Shown piece after piece: positions 58,207-64,000 of a stretch of DNA of 64,000 nt; position 1 is the stretch's first letter; every line of letters starts with the position of its first letter. Made by a program: the position numbers and the translations under genes. Origin of the DNA: the human T2T-CHM13v2.0 reference genome, Homo sapiens; the NCBI RefSeq assembly GCF_009914755.1, contig NC_060936.1; one strand, 5' to 3'. The notes beneath the pieces were generated by a model, which saw only the letters and a list, made by a program, of their open reading frames with translations, had not been told where the DNA came from and did no database searches.

Positions 58207-59949
58207 CTCTAGAGGACCTGGTTAGGGCTCCATATAAAGGAAACTCACTAGAGATGGAATGCTGGCTTCAGACTAATCCCAACACCACAATGGAACCAAA
58301 GAAAAGTCAAAAGAACACATAGCAAATGTGGATATTGTCAGAAAGGCCCTCATTTGTAGCTGGAATAGGAAACTCTATGCTCAGTTTGGTTTCAGAAACT
58401 CCTGAACGGCCTTAATGATTAGAAAAATCTTTCCTGGCCTTTGCCTGAAACGTTACCATTAACTCTTTGTCCCTATAGCCTAAGGCTTTGATTCCTGTCC
58501 TATTCAAATGCCTCTGGAAGTGATAGCAGTAAATTATCCATAAATGTGAATGAAGGATGGAAGCGAAAAGTTTTTAGAAGAAGATAGAGGGTGTGAAGAC
58601 AGGAGGATGAATGTCAATTGGGAATTTTAAGTGTGGGAAACCCGTATTCATTTCTACTTGCCTGCCCCAAATTCGGGAGGTGGAAGGAAGATTCCCACTT
58701 TCAGTAAACTCAGATGATCCCACACTTAGTGATCCTAAGGAGAGGCCCAGTGCTCCATTTGGCCTCTTTCCCTGCCCAGGTCCTGGATTTAGTATTTCCA
58801 GGCATAGGTGGGAGTTTCTGCTGCTGACTCAGTCCTGGGAGCTGTTGGAGCGCTGGCCCTCCTGGATCCCTCCCAGAGATCCCCTTGTCAGCAAAGCCCT
58901 GCACAAAAGCCCCACCAGCAAGAGCAGAGGGAGCAGGTGCCTGGCCCTCTGCACCGCCCATGCTGGCAAGCTGGAAGTCTGGCTGGCATCACGCCCAGCT
59001 CATTTCCAAGAGCTTGCTAGCTAGATATTTGCAGGGAGGGAGCCTTGGCAAGGAGGTGGCAGCTCGGCAGAAATGCTGCCCAGGCCCTTTCACCCACTGC
59101 GCTGTGGCAACAGAGGGTGATTGCTCTGATAGAGTTTGGTTTATGACACTACATTAGTAAGCTTATGCCTCAGGCTATTCCTAGCCGAATGGAATGGCCA
59201 GGGAAAAGGCGATGCAACTCCTCCATCATCAGAGGCAGCATGAAACACTTATTGTATCGCCCTAACTCTGTAGCAGGGGAAATTTGATTTATTTTAGAGT
59301 TAATCCATCACCCTCTGGCATCCTTTCAAGACAGGCCTTGAGCATAATTGCAGGATCTGGAGAAAATGGGGAAGTCAAGTTCAATTTATTCCATTAACAT
59401 TTTTAAAACATTTAATTATGATAAAAACTGAAAAGCATTTACTATGAGTAGGACCCTGGCTTCATCTCCTCCATGTGCTCATCCCAGCAATCACTCTCTC
59501 CCGGCTGTCACTGGCTTATTACAACTCCGCGCCCTGGCTCCGATGGTTCCCACGAGCCTGGGCTCCACTGCCGCATCAGCCCACATGGAGGTGTGAAGTC
59601 CACTCACCACCTTTTTTTGCCAGCAGAAATCCATCCATTCCTTTCTGGATGGTCATTGCATTATTTTTCTCCTCCACTTTACTTTGAATATCTCCTCCTC
59701 TTTTCCTCGAGGGCCAGCCATGGGAGGTGGGAGAGAGGGGGTCAAGGCAAGATGTGGCCATGTCCTCCTACATTCAGCCACTATCTCTACTGTCAGGGAT
59801 GGGTATCTAGCAGCCCGAGGAGACACACACATAGGCCTCCACAAAATGGGGGCTGGCCAAAGAGGTAGTTTTGGAAACAAATATGTTTTATTATTTTAAA
59901 AGTCAATGATGTGGTAATTTTAGGAAAAACAAAGCATGTTGTTAGATTT

Positions 59950-61931
<1,982 letters not shown>

Positions 61932-62948
61932 ATGGGGAAAAAACAGAACAGAAAAACTGGAAACTCTAAAACGCAGAGCGCCTCTCCTCCTCCAAAGGAA
62001 TGCAGTTCCTCACCAGCAACGGAACAAAGCTGGATGGAGAATGATTTTGACGAGCTGAGAGAAGAAGGCTTCAGACGATCAAATTACTCTGAGCTACGGG
62101 AGGACATTCAAACCAAAGGCAAAGAAGTTGAAAACTTTGAAAAAAATTTAGAAGAATGTATAACTAGAATAACCAATACAGAGAAGTGCTTAAAGGAGCT
62201 GATGGAGCTGAAAACCAAGGCTCGAGAACTACGTGAAGAATGCAGAAGCCTCAGGAGCCGATGCGATCAACTGGAAGAAAGGGTATCAGCAATGGAAGAT
62301 GAAATGAATGAAATGAAGAGAGAAGGGAAGTTTAGAGAAAAAAGAATAAAAAGAAATGAGCAAAGCCTCCAAGAAATATGGGACTATGTGAAAAGACCAA
62401 ATCTACGTCTGATTGGTGTACCTGAAAGTGATGTGGAGAATGGAACCAAGTTGGAAAACACTCTGCAGGATATTATCCAGGAGAACTTCCCCAATCTAGC
62501 AAGGCAGGCCAACGTTCAGATTCAGGAAATACAGAGAACGCCACAAAGATACTCCTCGAGAAGAGCAACTCCAAGACACATAATTGTCAGATTCACCAAA
62601 GTTGAAACGAAGGAAAAAATGTTAAGGGCAGCCAGAGAGAAAGGTCGGGTTACCCTCAAAGGAAAGCCCATCAGACTAACAGCGGATCTCTCGGCAGAAA
62701 CCCTACAAGCCAGAAGAGAGTGGGGGCCAATATTCAACATTCTTAAAGAAAAGAATTTTCAACCCAGAATTTCATATCCAGCCAAACTAAGCTTCATAAG
62801 TGAAGGAGAAATAAAATACTTTATAGACAAGCAAATGCTGAGAGATTTTGTCACCACCAGGCCTGCCCTAAAAGAGCTCCTGAAGGAAGCGCTAAACATG
62901 GAAAGGAACAACCAGTACCAGCCGCTGCAAAATCATGCCAAAATGTAA
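61932..62948 (+). CDS. L1 ORF1p (338 aa, full length)
   Basis: MGKKQNRKTGNSK...; coiled coil, RRM, ARREWG and YPAKLS motifs intact. Confidence 0.97.
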   Translation: MGKKQNRKTGNSKTQSASPPPKECSSSPATEQSWMENDFDELREEGFRRSNYSELREDIQTKGKEVENFEKNLEECITRITNTEKCLKELMELKTKARELREECRSLRSRCDQLEERVSAMEDEMNEMKREGKFREKRIKRNEQSLQEIWDYVKRPNLRLIGVPESDVENGTKLENTLQDIIQENFPNLARQANVQIQEIQRTPQRYSSRRATPRHIIVRFTKVETKEKMLRAAREKGRVTLKGKPIRLTADLSAETLQARREWGPIFNILKEKNFQPRISYPAKLSFISEGEIKYFIDKQMLRDFVTTRPALKELLKEALNMERNNQYQPLQNHAKM

Positions 62949-62987
62949 AGACCATCGAGACTAGGAAGAAACTGCATCAACTAATGA

Positions 62988-64000
<1,013 letters not shown>

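Overview
Primate (almost certainly human) repeat-rich genomic DNA with no conventional multi-exon protein-coding gene. It contains Alus, old and young L1s, L2/MIR/CR1 relics, MaLR/ERVL/ERV1 LTRs and hAT/Tigger DNA-transposon fossils. Three structures stand out. (1) A minus-strand spliced unit: an exon at 44830-44629, whose acceptor is supplied by an MLT2 LTR, joins in frame to an exon starting at 41843 to give a 138-aa ORF. From memory this matches the putative C12orf36/LINC01559 product (chr12p13.1). A candidate first exon and promoter lie near 55.5 kb. (2) A decayed ~3 kb polyadenylated retrocopy (about 33955-37000, minus) related to the CTAGE5/MIA2/TANGO1 family, internally deleted and interrupted by an AluY. 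(3) A young L1 at the right end whose ~1 kb 3' end is inverted head-to-head against an intact 5'UTR-ORF0-ORF1-ORF2, the geometry expected from twin priming. This points the L1 antisense promoter through ORF0 into the element's own ORF2 C-terminus and poly(A) tail. Repeat subfamily names, the locus identity and protein similarities come from recalled consensus or protein sequences, not database searches. Boundaries of old repeats are approximate.
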